Assembly: GCA_963667845.2 (NCBI GenBank)
Contig: CAXXVL010000002.1
Location: 2,656,001 to 2,720,000 of the forward strand
Reading direction: 5' to 3'
DNA: 64,000 nt
Source: Smithellaceae bacterium
Lineage (GTDB): Bacteria > Desulfobacterota > Syntrophia > Syntrophales > Smithellaceae
The notes beneath the pieces were generated by a model, which did no database searches, was not told the origin of the DNA, and worked only from the letters and a program-made list of their open reading frames with translations. Shown piece after piece: positions 17,548 through 27,855 of this stretch. Every line of letters starts with the position of its first letter. Within the stretch, counting starts at the first letter, position 1. A program made the position numbers and the translations under genes.

Positions 17548-20163
17548 TTGAAAGTGAGTGCCTTAAAGTGTGCCTGCAAACAAATCTATCCTATTGAACA
17601 TATTCATGTCGCTGTAAAATTTCTAATCGCCCTTATCCTCTTTCTTACCCCGCAACAAACCGAAGCTGCAGATACTGTCCTGGAAAGGGAAATCAATGAT
17701 TATCTGAAAAGCTGTTTGAGTCTGATCGATACGGCCCTAGACAAATGCAAAGTGGGAAAGAAGTGCAATACTGAAATATCCCAAATCAAGAAAATCGGTG
17801 ACCCCTTAAAAACATCATTTCTTCTACTCAACGACGGCTTTAAGGAAAGAGAAAAATCCATCACAACTCTGGGGCAAATAGCACTGAAAAGACACCATGT
17901 GATGGCCGATGGATACAGGCGCTCCCTCAATGAATATTTTGCGCTGATCGATAGCCTTTTACCGCAGGCCGACCCTGGCATCCAGATATCCACACTGAAG
18001 CGTCTCCAGTCTTCACTGGGCAAAGTCCTCCATAAGAAGCAAAGACCGATTTTAGGCAGCCTGCCATACAGAAATCTGAACTATCCCGTAAAAGAATCAG
18101 CGTCAACAGCGCCGATTGTTCCCGCATACAGGGGGGGAAATAAAACCGTCGCACCCGATGATTTACGGGGATCGCCGGAATCGCCGGTGGATATGGACAT
18201 CGCCGTGCTTGCCCAGACATTGAACTGGAGCCCGGTTGAAATCTATGAATACGTCAAGAACAGTATTGAAACCGAATGGTACTGGGGCAGCATGAAAGGC
18301 GCTGTGGAAACTCTGCGCCAGCAGAGCGGCAATGACGCCGATCAGGCTGCATTGCTTGTTGCCCTTCTGCGTGCGTCCGGGTTCCCCGCAAGGTATGTCC
18401 GAGGGACGATCGAATTCTTCCCGGGGATCGACAAAGTGAAGAACCTCACGGGCATCGACGATCCTAATGCCATCGCCGTCTTTTTCCAGAAAGCGGGCAT
18501 CCCCTTCAAGCCGGTGATCTCCGGCGGCAGGATCATCAATTTTCAAATCGAGCACATCTGGGTGGAGGCCCAGATTCCTTACAGCAACTATCGCGGCGCC
18601 ATCATTGACGAGCACGGCAAAACCTGGCTGGGGCTGGATACCAGCATTAAAGTCAATGACTATCAATACAGCGGCAAGTATGACATTGCAAAAAACCTGT
18701 CCATGGCGGATTTACGGGATGAATTTATCAGCTCCATTGAATTCCAGGAGCCCCTGGAATTCCTTAAAACAAAGATACAGAACCATTTGGGCAGCCGGCC
18801 GGAGCTGTTTTACGGTGATCTGCTCAGGAAGAGGACGCTGCAGGCGGAAGCGATGAACATCCTACCGGCCAGCCTGCAATTCGATCAGAAGCGGATTACT
18901 CACGAATATACAGCCCTGCCGGATGAACTCAAACATAAAATCAAATTAACGGCACATGACAAAAATAATGCCGAACTGTTAAAGATTATACTGAATGTTC
19001 AGGATGTCTCCAACCGGAGGGTCGAACTGTCGTATGAACCGGAGACGATTGATGATCAGCAGATCATCAACAGCTATGGCGGATTGGACAATACACCCTC
19101 CTACTTGGTTAAACTGCGCCCGGTCGTCAAGGTCGACGATGAAAGGATGATCGTTGCGAAAGACGGCCTGCCGATGGGCGAAGATTGTAGCCTGAAAATA
19201 GATCTGATCACGCCCAACGGCACGGAGACTTCCACAGGGATGCATATTGCCGGTAATTTATCGGTGCTGGGGATTGTTGCGCAAAAAACGGCTGAGCTTA
19301 AAATTATCGCACCGGATGATAAAGGTGCGGCGCAACTTCTGTATGAGGAAGCGATCAATTACGTCAATCGCTGGAACCGCGCGGAAGACGAATTGACGGC
19401 GCTGCTTCAGTTGAACGCTGTAAGGCCCACTGCGACGGTGGTAATTGCCGGCGGCGTTATTGATGTCACCTACCTGCTGGACCAGCCGCACGGCTATGAA
19501 TGGAAGGGCATTTATCTGGATGCGAGGGTGAGAACAATCAACGTGCAGCCCGCGGCGTCAGGAGCCGATGGCCGGCAGAAGATCTTCATGCAGTTATCGG
19601 CCCTGCATGGATCGGTATTGGAAAATAAAACTATTGAAGATGATTTCAAGGTGGATTCCGTATCCACCGCCAAGCTCATGCAGATCTGCAATCAGCAAAC
19701 CGTGTCGCTGGTGAGTATCAATAAAGAAAACATTGCCGCTCTACTGCCCACGCTGCCCGTGGATAAAAATGTCAAACAGGATATTGCCAATGCCATTAAT
19801 CAGGACCTTATCGTCAAAATACCCAATCAGGCAATGGTATATCAGGATTGGCAGGGCAGCGGTTATATCAAAGAGAACCCGGAAACCGGCGAGGCCGGTT
19901 ACATGTTAAGTGGCATGATTGCGGGCGGGATGACGGCCTGGTCGGCCGACAAGTGGCCCGGTGACTTTGCACAGAGACTTGAAAATCCCTATTCCGAGTC
20001 CCCTGTTTATAGTCCCGCCGGAGATATTTACATTCAGAAAATTACCGCCGGTGATTTACAGAAGGGCACGGTAGGCAAACAGCTTTCTTTTCCCTTCCAA
20101 GTTTACGTTTATACCATTGATAAGAAACCAAGCAGAAAAAACCGGTTGCAAAAAAGGATATAA
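17548..20163 (+). CDS. Exported transglutaminase-like-domain protein; N-terminal part of the frameshifted RHS gene
   Basis: GGAGGA RBS before TTG 17548 / GTG 17554; hydrophobic signal ending TEA; TGase-fold motifs ETLRQQSGNDADQAALLVALLRASGFPARYV, HIWVE and WLGLD; ends in a short basic tail overlapping the open -1 frame. Confidence 0.8.
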   Translation: MKVSALKCACKQIYPIEHIHVAVKFLIALILFLTPQQTEAADTVLEREINDYLKSCLSLIDTALDKCKVGKKCNTEISQIKKIGDPLKTSFLLLNDGFKEREKSITTLGQIALKRHHVMADGYRRSLNEYFALIDSLLPQADPGIQISTLKRLQSSLGKVLHKKQRPILGSLPYRNLNYPVKESASTAPIVPAYRGGNKTVAPDDLRGSPESPVDMDIAVLAQTLNWSPVEIYEYVKNSIETEWYWGSMKGAVETLRQQSGNDADQAALLVALLRASGFPARYVRGTIEFFPGIDKVKNLTGIDDPNAIAVFFQKAGIPFKPVISGGRIINFQIEHIWVEAQIPYSNYRGAIIDEHGKTWLGLDTSIKVNDYQYSGKYDIAKNLSMADLRDEFISSIEFQEPLEFLKTKIQNHLGSRPELFYGDLLRKRTLQAEAMNILPASLQFDQKRITHEYTALPDELKHKIKLTAHDKNNAELLKIILNVQDVSNRRVELSYEPETIDDQQIINSYGGLDNTPSYLVKLRPVVKVDDERMIVAKDGLPMGEDCSLKIDLITPNGTETSTGMHIAGNLSVLGIVAQKTAELKIIAPDDKGAAQLLYEEAINYVNRWNRAEDELTALLQLNAVRPTATVVIAGGVIDVTYLLDQPHGYEWKGIYLDARVRTINVQPAASGADGRQKIFMQLSALHGSVLENKTIEDDFKVDSVSTAKLMQICNQQTVSLVSINKENIAALLPTLPVDKNVKQDIANAINQDLIVKIPNQAMVYQDWQGSGYIKENPETGEAGYMLSGMIAGGMTAWSADKWPGDFAQRLENPYSESPVYSPAGDIYIQKITAGDLQKGTVGKQLSFPFQVYVYTIDKKPSRKNRLQKRI

Positions 20164-23100
20164 CCTTCCGCATCAAGGCTGGTGAGGGCAAATTTACAAA
20201 TGGCGAATCAACCCTGACAATTCCGACCAATGGCGCCGGCATCGCTGAAGTGTTTTTAATCCTCGGTGAAAAAACGGCGGATAACCCAACCTATATTATG
20301 ACACCCGGCGCGAAGTATTCTCAACAGGTGGGTGAGAATATCGTTGATGCGGCGCTGGCTTCTGGATTAAGCATTGAAAAGCCATTTACTGCTTGGGGGC
20401 TGCCGGATGCGCCCGTGAATATCGTTAAAGAGAATGGCGATAATATTAAAACCATGATCCTGGCCTATGCGGGATTCTTATCCGTTAACATTGAAGATAA
20501 ATACGGCAATCCCATATCCAATATTCCCGTGACATTTACCGTTCTTCCGGCTGCCGATCAATCCACCTGTTCGAATCCCAACAAAGACACCCGGCAGGCT
20601 GTGTTGATCAAAGAAGACGATGCATGTGTATATAATTCACCTACGCTGGGACAGTGTGTAACTCAAAATACGACGCATACGATAATATCAGCCACCCAAG
20701 GTGCGGCAATTGGTGTGATCCTGGGCGGTATCCCGTATGGCAAGTATCCTTTCGCAGTCAATGCAAGCGGTTTGAACGCCACCTTTAATCTCTTTACGGG
20801 GTCATTTGGCGCCTGTTCACCTTCCACAGACCCCGAGATTGATTTACAAATATCATACGTCTATCCGGTGGATGAGCATGGGAATAATATCAACGCCGGT
20901 AAAGTTGGCAGTAAGATATCCATACAAGCCAAGATGTATTTTCTGAAAGAGAGTGAAACGGATTATACGGGGACTTTTTGCGATCCACAGATAACGTGCA
21001 AAAAAGTGGCTGGCGCTCGGTCGTATGATGCTACAACTGCATTCAGTTCGTCATTCGTCAATTTTGGCGGTCAGGCCGGTGTGAATGCGGGCAATGGTTT
21101 ATTCACAGCGGACTATATTTTGGGACCGGGGTTGAATAAAATTACCGTCACCGGCGGCGCGACAATTCAGGCAAATCGGACAGATATCTGCCCGGCCTGC
21201 CAAACAGCGATTCATGTTATTTCGCAGAACCGCAATGTGGTGATGGAACTTTACGGCATGGACATAAAGATTGATCCGATACCCGTGATATTGATAAATG
21301 AAGTGGGCTATTCCAGAAATGATTGCAGGATCACATACACCATCAGTCCTGTGGATTATAAGGCTTCCGCAGCATACGTGTTTATTTACAAAGACGGCGA
21401 GGTCATTGCCGCTATGCCTACAGAACTTCAAGGCGGCGGCTTTGGAACGATAACGAAAGGTTTTACTTTTAGTCCAAACGCCAAATATGAAGCGGAAGTT
21501 GTTTTGAATTACGGCAGCGCTGTGGAAATCAGAAGCGAAAAGAAACAGCTTGTCATTTTTAAAGATGATGGAACCGGGATCGGTCTGGAGAGATCCTATC
21601 ACCACAGCACTTATGATAGTTTCATCCCGGCGCCGCCGGCATACACCGACGGCTATCAAATACTAAATTTCAAACTTCTGGAAGCCGCTGCCGTGTCTGT
21701 TGCCATTATGGATTCCGATGGCGTTGAAAGAGCAACTGCTGTTGCAGCAACCAGCCTCAGTCAGGGCGATTATAGTTTTGTTGTCGATTACGATATGATC
21801 CGCAGCGCCGGCATTGTGCCAAGCGTATCGAAGTTGTTTTATTTGCGATTGGCTGTCCAGCCCGGCAATGGATCGGATAAATATGAGATCCTTTATCCGG
21901 GGAGATTGCGTGAACGGCATGACGGCAATAATATGCCCGGGCAGCTTATCGTTCATGATGTCATGATTCAGGACGGTTCACTTCATCTGACCCGTAAGGA
22001 TTTATCGCTGAAAGGACGCGGGCCGCAGTTTGATTTTGCACGCAGTTATCATAATCTCAATCAATCGTTCTCCACGGAGTTTATGCCTCTCGGGCCGGGA
22101 TGGAATCACAACTTTGATTTGAAGATTCGGCCGTTGATCACCACATCGGTCCAGACCGGCCCCGTGCCGGGTTTGGTGGCCGATATGAAAGGAAAAATAT
22201 TCCCAGCGGGCAGCGTGCAGATACCGCAGGACTGCATCCTGCTTGCACAGGTCAACGGAACGACCTTCAAGAAAGTCAGTGGAATCTGGTATGCCGAGCG
22301 CGGGCAGCATGGAGCACTGGAAGAGACGGTTTCGGTCTTCATCTTTACCTCCAAGGATGGAACACGTTATACGTATGGCTATCCCTCGGCAAAACCGATG
22401 CCGGTTCAGACCATTCAGGACCGCAACGGCAACACCATGACGTTCACATATGAGCCCTATCTGCAGGGGGACCGTTTAACCTCTGTCAAGGATGCTACCG
22501 GACGCATATTTACTTTCACATATGAGCCGGTGCTGTCATCATCGCGTCTGGTAGAAATAAGCGGGCCGGATGGTATTGAGCTTTTGTTCAGTTACGACAA
22601 ATATGGCAATTTATACAGCGCCCAGCGTGCCGACAGGGTGGAAACCTATGCCTATGAAGCCGAACAGGGTGTTTTTGGCGGGGCATACAATCTAACGGGG
22701 ACGACTGATGCCAACGACAATAGTCTTTCTTACCAGTATCATGCCTTAAGCGAGCTGACGAATTATCAGTCGATTCAAGGATTGAAGCCGCAGGACGTTG
22801 TCAAAACAGTCGCCTATCCGGACGCAAAAAAAGCAAAATTTCAATATGATTTTACGAACAACAAACGCACCATAACGGACCTCAACGAGAATGACATCGT
22901 TTATGTTTTAAACATCTATGGCAATCCTCTACGCATTGAAGAATCGTTGGGCAAGGTAACCCGGATGACATGGTCGATTGATGAAGGTAAAAATGACAAT
23001 GTCATGACCTCCAGAACCAATGCCCGCAATTACACGACCACATATCAATACGACGCCAAAGGCAATATTACCCTGGAGACCGATTCAACGGGCCAATCAA

Positions 23101-26100
23101 TTATTACAACATGGAACCAGAAATTCAGCCGGCCGGAAACCAGGACCGACCGCAACGGCGTCAACAGATCGTTGCAGTATGATATCAACAACGGTAATTT
23201 GCTGAAACAAACCGACGGCGACAGCAAAGTTACGCAATTCGGATACTATACGACAGGCGAAATGAGATCCATGACCGATCCCCACGGCTATGAAACCACA
23301 TATGACTATGATTCCTACGGCAACCCGGCAAAAGTCACCGGTCCGGAAGGCAGTGTGACCGTTTATCAAAATGATATTCGGGGCCGCAAATACACACAGA
23401 CTGACCCCAACGGCAATAAAACGAATTACATCTATGATGCACTCGATTACCTGATCATGGTCAAGCATCCGGCAATTACGCAAAATTCTCTGGCGGAGGG
23501 AGCAAAGGACACGCAGCTATGCACCTATGACGCCCTGGGTAATCTGTTATCGGAAACCAACCGCAACGGCTTGCAGTTGAACTATACTTATACCGGGCGT
23601 AATCAAGTGGACACCGTGACCCGCAGCACAGGCGGCGCCAAGCAGTATAAATACGACGGCAATGGCAATCTGCTTTCAGAAACCGACTGGAAGGGACAAA
23701 CGACCCGGCATGCATATAATGCTTTGAACCAGCGCATCCAGACCATTAACCGTTTGGGTTATGGCATGTTGATGTCGTATGATCTTGAAAGCAATCTCAC
23801 GTCGGCAATCGATTATGAAGGCCGGGTGACGGACTATGCCTATGACCATCTCAATCGCCAGACCGACATCTGGCAGCCTGCGATGGATGGACAGGGCAGG
23901 GGTCACATTGTTAATACCTATTATGCGGAAGCCGACCCGAAAACAAACTTAAAAAGCGTCACTGATCAGGAAAGTAACACGACCTCCTTTGAATATAACG
24001 GACGCTACCTGCAAACCAGGCGGACCAATGCCCTGAATCATACCTATCTGACGGAATATGACGACAGCGGCAACGTCAGCAAAGAAACGGACGAAGAAAA
24101 CAACTTCACAACCTATGTTTACGATAAGCAAAATCGCCGCACATCCGCTACCCGAACGGGCGGCATCGTCACCGGCTATGCCTATGACCTAAACGGCAAT
24201 CAAACCCGGATCACCGATCCGCGCGGCAACACCACGGTAACAGACTATGACAGCTGGAACAGAGCCTACAAAGTAACTGATCCCGATTTTTACACAACTG
24301 TTCTTGTGTCTGACGGCGAAGGCAATAAAGTTCAGGCCAGGGATGGCAACGGTAATTTACGCACCTGGCAGCGCGACGCACAAGGCCGTGTTGTGGTCGC
24401 CGCCAATGCCGAAGGTTATACCACCCAGTATGAATACGATGCCAATGACAATGTTACATCCATGACCGAAGCCAACGGCACGGTTACGACAACCGGCTAC
24501 GATGCCGAAGACCGTCCAGCAACTGTTAAAGAGTCAGCCGCCGGGGGCGTTTCGCGCGAGAAGTCGATTTTATCACGGGACAAAACGGGCAATCCTCTGC
24601 AGGCCAAGGATTATAACGGCTATATTACAACCGCGGCCTACAATAGTTTAAATCTGCCGCAAAGCGTCTGTGATCCGAAGGGCAAGTGCGCCTATACCGA
24701 TTATTTCAAAACTGGCAAGGTGAAGTCGGTCAAAAACAAGCGGGGTTTTACGACATCCTATTTATACGATCCCTTAAACCGCGAATGGAAAGTAACCGAC
24801 GCCAAAGGCCAGATCATCGAAACCAATTATGATAAAGTCGGCAATGTCAAAACCATCAAGGATAAGCGCGGCATTGTTAAAGAAAACACTTACGATCCAC
24901 TCTACCGGCTGACCCAGGTGGTGAAAGACGGCATCAGACTGGTCATCAACGAATACGACGGCAATAACAACCTGACGGCAACGAAAGACGCCAACAACAA
25001 CCGCGTCGAGCATCAATACAACAAGCGCAACCTGCGTGCCGTCACCGCGTATATCAGCGACGGCACAAGCGAAAAGCGCAATTATGACGGCGTCGGCAAT
25101 CTGATGACCCATGTCAACGAAGAAAGCCAGCCCACAGCCTACACGTATGACAAGGAGAACCGCCAGACTTCCGTCACCTTTGCCGGAGAGAAAACGCAAA
25201 AAGCGTATGACAGCGTCGGCAACCTGATATCAACCACGCGGCCCACAGGCACTATCCGTCAAATGAACTATGACGGCTGGAAGCGTCTTACCGCTGTGAT
25301 CGACGACCCGCAGGGGCTCAAACTGACCACAAGCTATCAGTATGATCCCAACAACAACCTGCTGGCCCAGTTTGATCCCCGGGGCACGCGAACCTCCTTC
25401 TTCTATGACGAACTCAACCGGAAGATCCAGCAGAGCAAATCCGTCTATATCACCCGCTATGGCTATGATGAAGAAGGCAACATGACCTCCATGAAGGATG
25501 CCAATGGTCAGACCACCAGCTACACCTATGACGAACTCAACCGCCTGAGCGACTCTGTTTATTCCGAACAGACGATCATCAACGGTTATGATTCCAACAA
25601 CAACCTGACCTCCGTCACCGAGACCAAGACGCAGGCAGGCATCACCGACCTTACAGTCAACACCTACGACAACTTCGACCGCCTGAGCTCAAGCAACCAG
25701 CGCAACCTGACCGTAAATTACGCTTATGACAATAACGGCAACCGCACCTCCGTTGCCACGCCGGCGCAATCCACAACTTACACCTACGACGGCAAAAACC
25801 GGATCAAGACCGCCATTGCCAACAGTCAAACCACGACCTATACCTATACCCCGGCGGGGAAGAAAGACACCATTGCTTATCCCAACAATACCTCCGTCAA
25901 GTACACTTATTTTGACACCAACCGGATCAAGACCATCGAAAACAAATCCGGCGCTGCCGTCATTTCCAGCTATGTCTATGGATACGATCCCAACGGCAAC
26001 CGCACCTCGCAGACGGAATACCAGAACTCGACGACGGAAACCACCACTTACAGCTATGACGGCAACGACCGGATGTTGGACTGGATCATCAGCAACAAAA

Positions 26101-27815
26101 CCAGAACCCTTTATACCTATGACGGCTATAACCGGAAGACGGAAACTGTTTACACTCTCAATCCGGAGACCTTGGTTAAACAGCAGACATACGACTACGA
26201 TGAAACCGACCGTTTAACGCGCACCAGTGACAACGTCAGCGGGAAGACCATCAACTACGCGTATGACAATAATGGCAACACTCTCCGGAAAGTTGATCTA
26301 GGTCAGCCCAATCAGGAAATAAACTTTACCTATGATTCGCGCAATCAACTGACGCAGACCAAACGCGGCCCTCCGGGCAGCGAGACCATTCTGGGACAAT
26401 ACGATTACGACTATGCCGGATTAAGAGTCCGGCACAAAAACTCCGACCGGGGGGATATTGATTATTACTATGACGGCAAATCCATCATCGAAGAGCGAAG
26501 CGCCGCGGGCAACACTCTGTTGGCCCATTACAACTATGCCGACAGGCTGCTTTCACTGCGAACCGGTGCAAGTGTTCAATACTATCATTATGACGCTTTA
26601 GGCAGCACGGTGAATCTGACCAATGAATCGGGAGCAACACAGGTTGGCTACCAGCTTGACCCGTGGGGTCACATCAGAGGAGAGTCCGGTACCAGCGTCA
26701 ACCGGCAGATCTTTACAGGCCAGGAGCATGATCCGAACACCGGCCTCATTTACTTCGGCGCACGGTATTATGATCCGGATACGGCAAGATTTATCACGCA
26801 AGATCCGTATATGGGCGAGCCCAATACGCCACCATCTTTAAACAGGTATCTGTATGCTTACTCTAATCCGATGGTTTATGTGGATTGGGGGGGATATGCG
26901 TCATGGGAATATGGTGCATGGCTAAAAAATATGGGTCCAACGGGTGCTATGTTGTCTAGCGCCAGCAAAGGGATTGAATTCCTCGGAGAGAAAGTTGACC
27001 AATATGTTGAAAAGAATGCCCCCGGCACTGCTAGCATAGTAGTAGCAACATTTTCCAAGACTGCAATAACGGTCAGTAAAGGCGTTGTTGATATACCGAA
27101 AGATGTTGCCGAGCAGAGTGTTGAATTTGCCAAAGACCCAACAAATCTATCTAAGATACCTGTTTTAGGGCAGGTGGGAACAAATTTGGGAGAGAGCGCA
27201 GCAAGATTTGTTAAGAATCCAAATATGGAGACTGGAGTGCAGGCGTTTGGCGCTGGATCGGCTGGATTCTTGATCGTTGCACCATTCTTGCCTAAAGGAC
27301 CGACATTATGGAGAGGCAAGGCTGTAAATACGGAAGCAGCGGTTTCGGTGGAAGCAACCTCGGGTTCTGCTGTTCTGGAAACAACGCAAACAACAGTGCA
27401 GAAGTTTGTGAAGAAGATTGAAACGGCGTGCAAAGAAAGACCGTTGGGTGATAGTAATGTAGATAATGTTCTAAGTGGACATGGTGCTTTTCGACCGAAA
27501 AATGGTTTTATTGAAGTACCAGAAGGAACATCCGTTACGACGTGGACAAAGCATGGCAATACTATATCAGACAAGTTAGGTAATTACATTGAAACAGGAA
27601 AAAATATTAATTTCTTAGAATTTGGCGATGAAATAGTAGGCGCACGAAGTTATTTGCCGGGTTCAAAAATGCCAAATTATACTTTATATCCACCAGAAGG
27701 GTTAAATATTATGGGTAATCCAAGTACCGTAGCATCGCCAACAAATATAAACAGATTACTAAAACCAAATATGGGAAATGTAAAGTGGGCCGCTTGTCAG
27801 GGAATATTACCTTGA
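20124..27815 (+). CDS. RHS/YD-repeat protein with Ig-like N-region, DUF6531-like segment, RHS core and C-terminal toxin-like tip; downstream part of the frameshifted gene
   Basis: Frame is open from 20124 with no good RBS/start. Contains DLSLKGRGPQFDFARSY...LGPGWNHN, dozens of YD repeats, and the core FTGQEHDPNTGLIYFGARYYDPDTARFITQDP...NRYLYAYSNPMVYVDWGG, followed by a ~300-aa tip. Confidence 0.9.
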   Translation, partial: ETKQKKPVAKKDITFRIKAGEGKFTNGESTLTIPTNGAGIAEVFLILGEKTADNPTYIMTPGAKYSQQVGENIVDAALASGLSIEKPFTAWGLPDAPVNIVKENGDNIKTMILAYAGFLSVNIEDKYGNPISNIPVTFTVLPAADQSTCSNPNKDTRQAVLIKEDDACVYNSPTLGQCVTQNTTHTIISATQGAAIGVILGGIPYGKYPFAVNASGLNATFNLFTGSFGACSPSTDPEIDLQISYVYPVDEHGNNINAGKVGSKISIQAKMYFLKESETDYTGTFCDPQITCKKVAGARSYDATTAFSSSFVNFGGQAGVNAGNGLFTADYILGPGLNKITVTGGATIQANRTDICPACQTAIHVISQNRNVVMELYGMDIKIDPIPVILINEVGYSRNDCRITYTISPVDYKASAAYVFIYKDGEVIAAMPTELQGGGFGTITKGFTFSPNAKYEAEVVLNYGSAVEIRSEKKQLVIFKDDGTGIGLERSYHHSTYDSFIPAPPAYTDGYQILNFKLLEAAAVSVAIMDSDGVERATAVAATSLSQGDYSFVVDYDMIRSAGIVPSVSKLFYLRLAVQPGNGSDKYEILYPGRLRERHDGNNMPGQLIVHDVMIQDGSLHLTRKDLSLKGRGPQFDFARSYHNLNQSFSTEFMPLGPGWNHNFDLKIRPLITTSVQTGPVPGLVADMKGKIFPAGSVQIPQDCILLAQVNGTTFKKVSGIWYAERGQHGALEETVSVFIFTSKDGTRYTYGYPSAKPMPVQTIQDRNGNTMTFTYEPYLQGDRLTSVKDATGRIFTFTYEPVLSSSRLVEISGPDGIELLFSYDKYGNLYSAQRADRVETYAYEAEQGVFGGAYNLTGTTDANDNSLSYQYHALSELTNYQSIQGLKPQDVVKTVAYPDAKKAKFQYDFTNNKRTITDLNENDIVYVLNIYGNPLRIEESLGKVTRMTWSIDEGKNDNVMTSRTNARNYTTTYQYDAKGNITLETDSTGQSIITTWNQKFSRPETRTDRNGVNRSLQYDINNGNLLKQTDGDSKVTQFGYYTTGEMRSMTDPHGYETTYDYDSYGNPAKVTGPEGSVTVYQNDIRGRKYTQTDPNGNKTNYIYDALDYLIMVKHPAITQNSLAEGAKDTQLCTYDALGNLLSETNRNGLQLNYTYTGRNQVDTVTRSTGGAKQYKYDGNGNLLSETDWKGQTTRHAYNALNQRIQTINRLGYGMLMSYDLESNLTSAIDYEGRVTDYAYDHLNRQTDIWQPAMDGQGRGHIVNTYYAEADPKTNLKSVTDQESNTTSFEYNGRYLQTRRTNALNHTYLTEYDDSGNVSKETDEENNFTTYVYDKQNRRTSATRTGGIVTGYAYDLNGNQTRITDPRGNTTVTDYDSWNRAYKVTDPDFYTTVLVSDGEGNKVQARDGNGNLRTWQRDAQGRVVVAANAEGYTTQYEYDANDNVTSMTEANGTVTTTGYDAEDRPATVKESAAGGVSREKSILSRDKTGNPLQAKDYNGYITTAAYNSLNLPQSVCDPKGKCAYTDYFKTGKVKSVKNKRGFTTSYLYDPLNREWKVTDAKGQIIETNYDKVGNVKTIKDKRGIVKENTYDPLYRLTQVVKDGIRLVINEYDGNNNLTATKDANNNRVEHQYNKRNLRAVTAYISDGTSEKRNYDGVGNLMTHVNEESQPTAYTYDKENRQTSVTFAGEKTQKAYDSVGNLISTTRPTGTIRQMNYDGWKRLTAVIDDPQGLKLTTSYQYDPNNNLLAQFDPRGTRTSFFYDELNRKIQQSKSVYITRYGYDEEGNMTSMKDANGQTTSYTYDELNRLSDSVYSEQTIINGYDSNNNLTSVTETKTQAGITDLTVNTYDNFDRLSSSNQRNLTVNYAYDNNGNRTSVATPAQSTTYTYDGKNRIKTAIANSQTTTYTYTPAGKKDTIAYPNNTSVKYTYFDTNRIKTIENKSGAAVISSYVYGYDPNGNRTSQTEYQNSTTETTTYSYDGNDRMLDWIISNKTRTLYTYDGYNRKTETVYTLNPETLVKQQTYDYDETDRLTRTSDNVSGKTINYAYDNNGNTLRKVDLGQPNQEINFTYDSRNQLTQTKRGPPGSETILGQYDYDYAGLRVRHKNSDRGDIDYYYDGKSIIEERSAAGNTLLAHYNYADRLLSLRTGASVQYYHYDALGSTVNLTNESGATQVGYQLDPWGHIRGESGTSVNRQIFTGQEHDPNTGLIYFGARYYDPDTARFITQDPYMGEPNTPPSLNRYLYAYSNPMVYVDWGGYASWEYGAWLKNMGPTGAMLSSASKGIEFLGEKVDQYVEKNAPGTASIVVATFSKTAITVSKGVVDIPKDVAEQSVEFAKDPTNLSKIPVLGQVGTNLGESAARFVKNPNMETGVQAFGAGSAGFLIVAPFLPKGPTLWRGKAVNTEAAVSVEATSGSAVLETTQTTVQKFVKKIETACKERPLGDSNVDNVLSGHGAFRPKNGFIEVPEGTSVTTWTKHGNTISDKLGNYIETGKNINFLEFGDEIVGARSYLPGSKMPNYTLYPPEGLNIMGNPSTVASPTNINRLLKPNMGNVKWAACQGILP

Positions 27816-27855
27816 TCTGAAGGATATTGAAACCTTAAATCATTGGAGGAAAAAT

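Noticed and set aside
20150..20156. AAAAAAG as the frameshift site
   Set aside because: It is out of phase for tandem -1 slippage from the upstream frame (CAA AAA AGG). The in-phase candidate is 20136-20142.
26887..26893. G7 tract at the RHS core/tip junction as a phase-variation switch
   Set aside because: It is short, in frame, and explained by Trp-Gly-Gly codons.
26876..27574. 232-aa antisense ORF over the toxin tip
   Set aside because: It overlaps the RHS C-terminus, with no motif or RBS support.
20250..27815. T6SS effector interpretation of the RHS protein
   Set aside because: No PAAR, VgrG, Hcp or EagR/DcrB chaperone in the gene or window, and the joined protein starts with a Sec-like signal.
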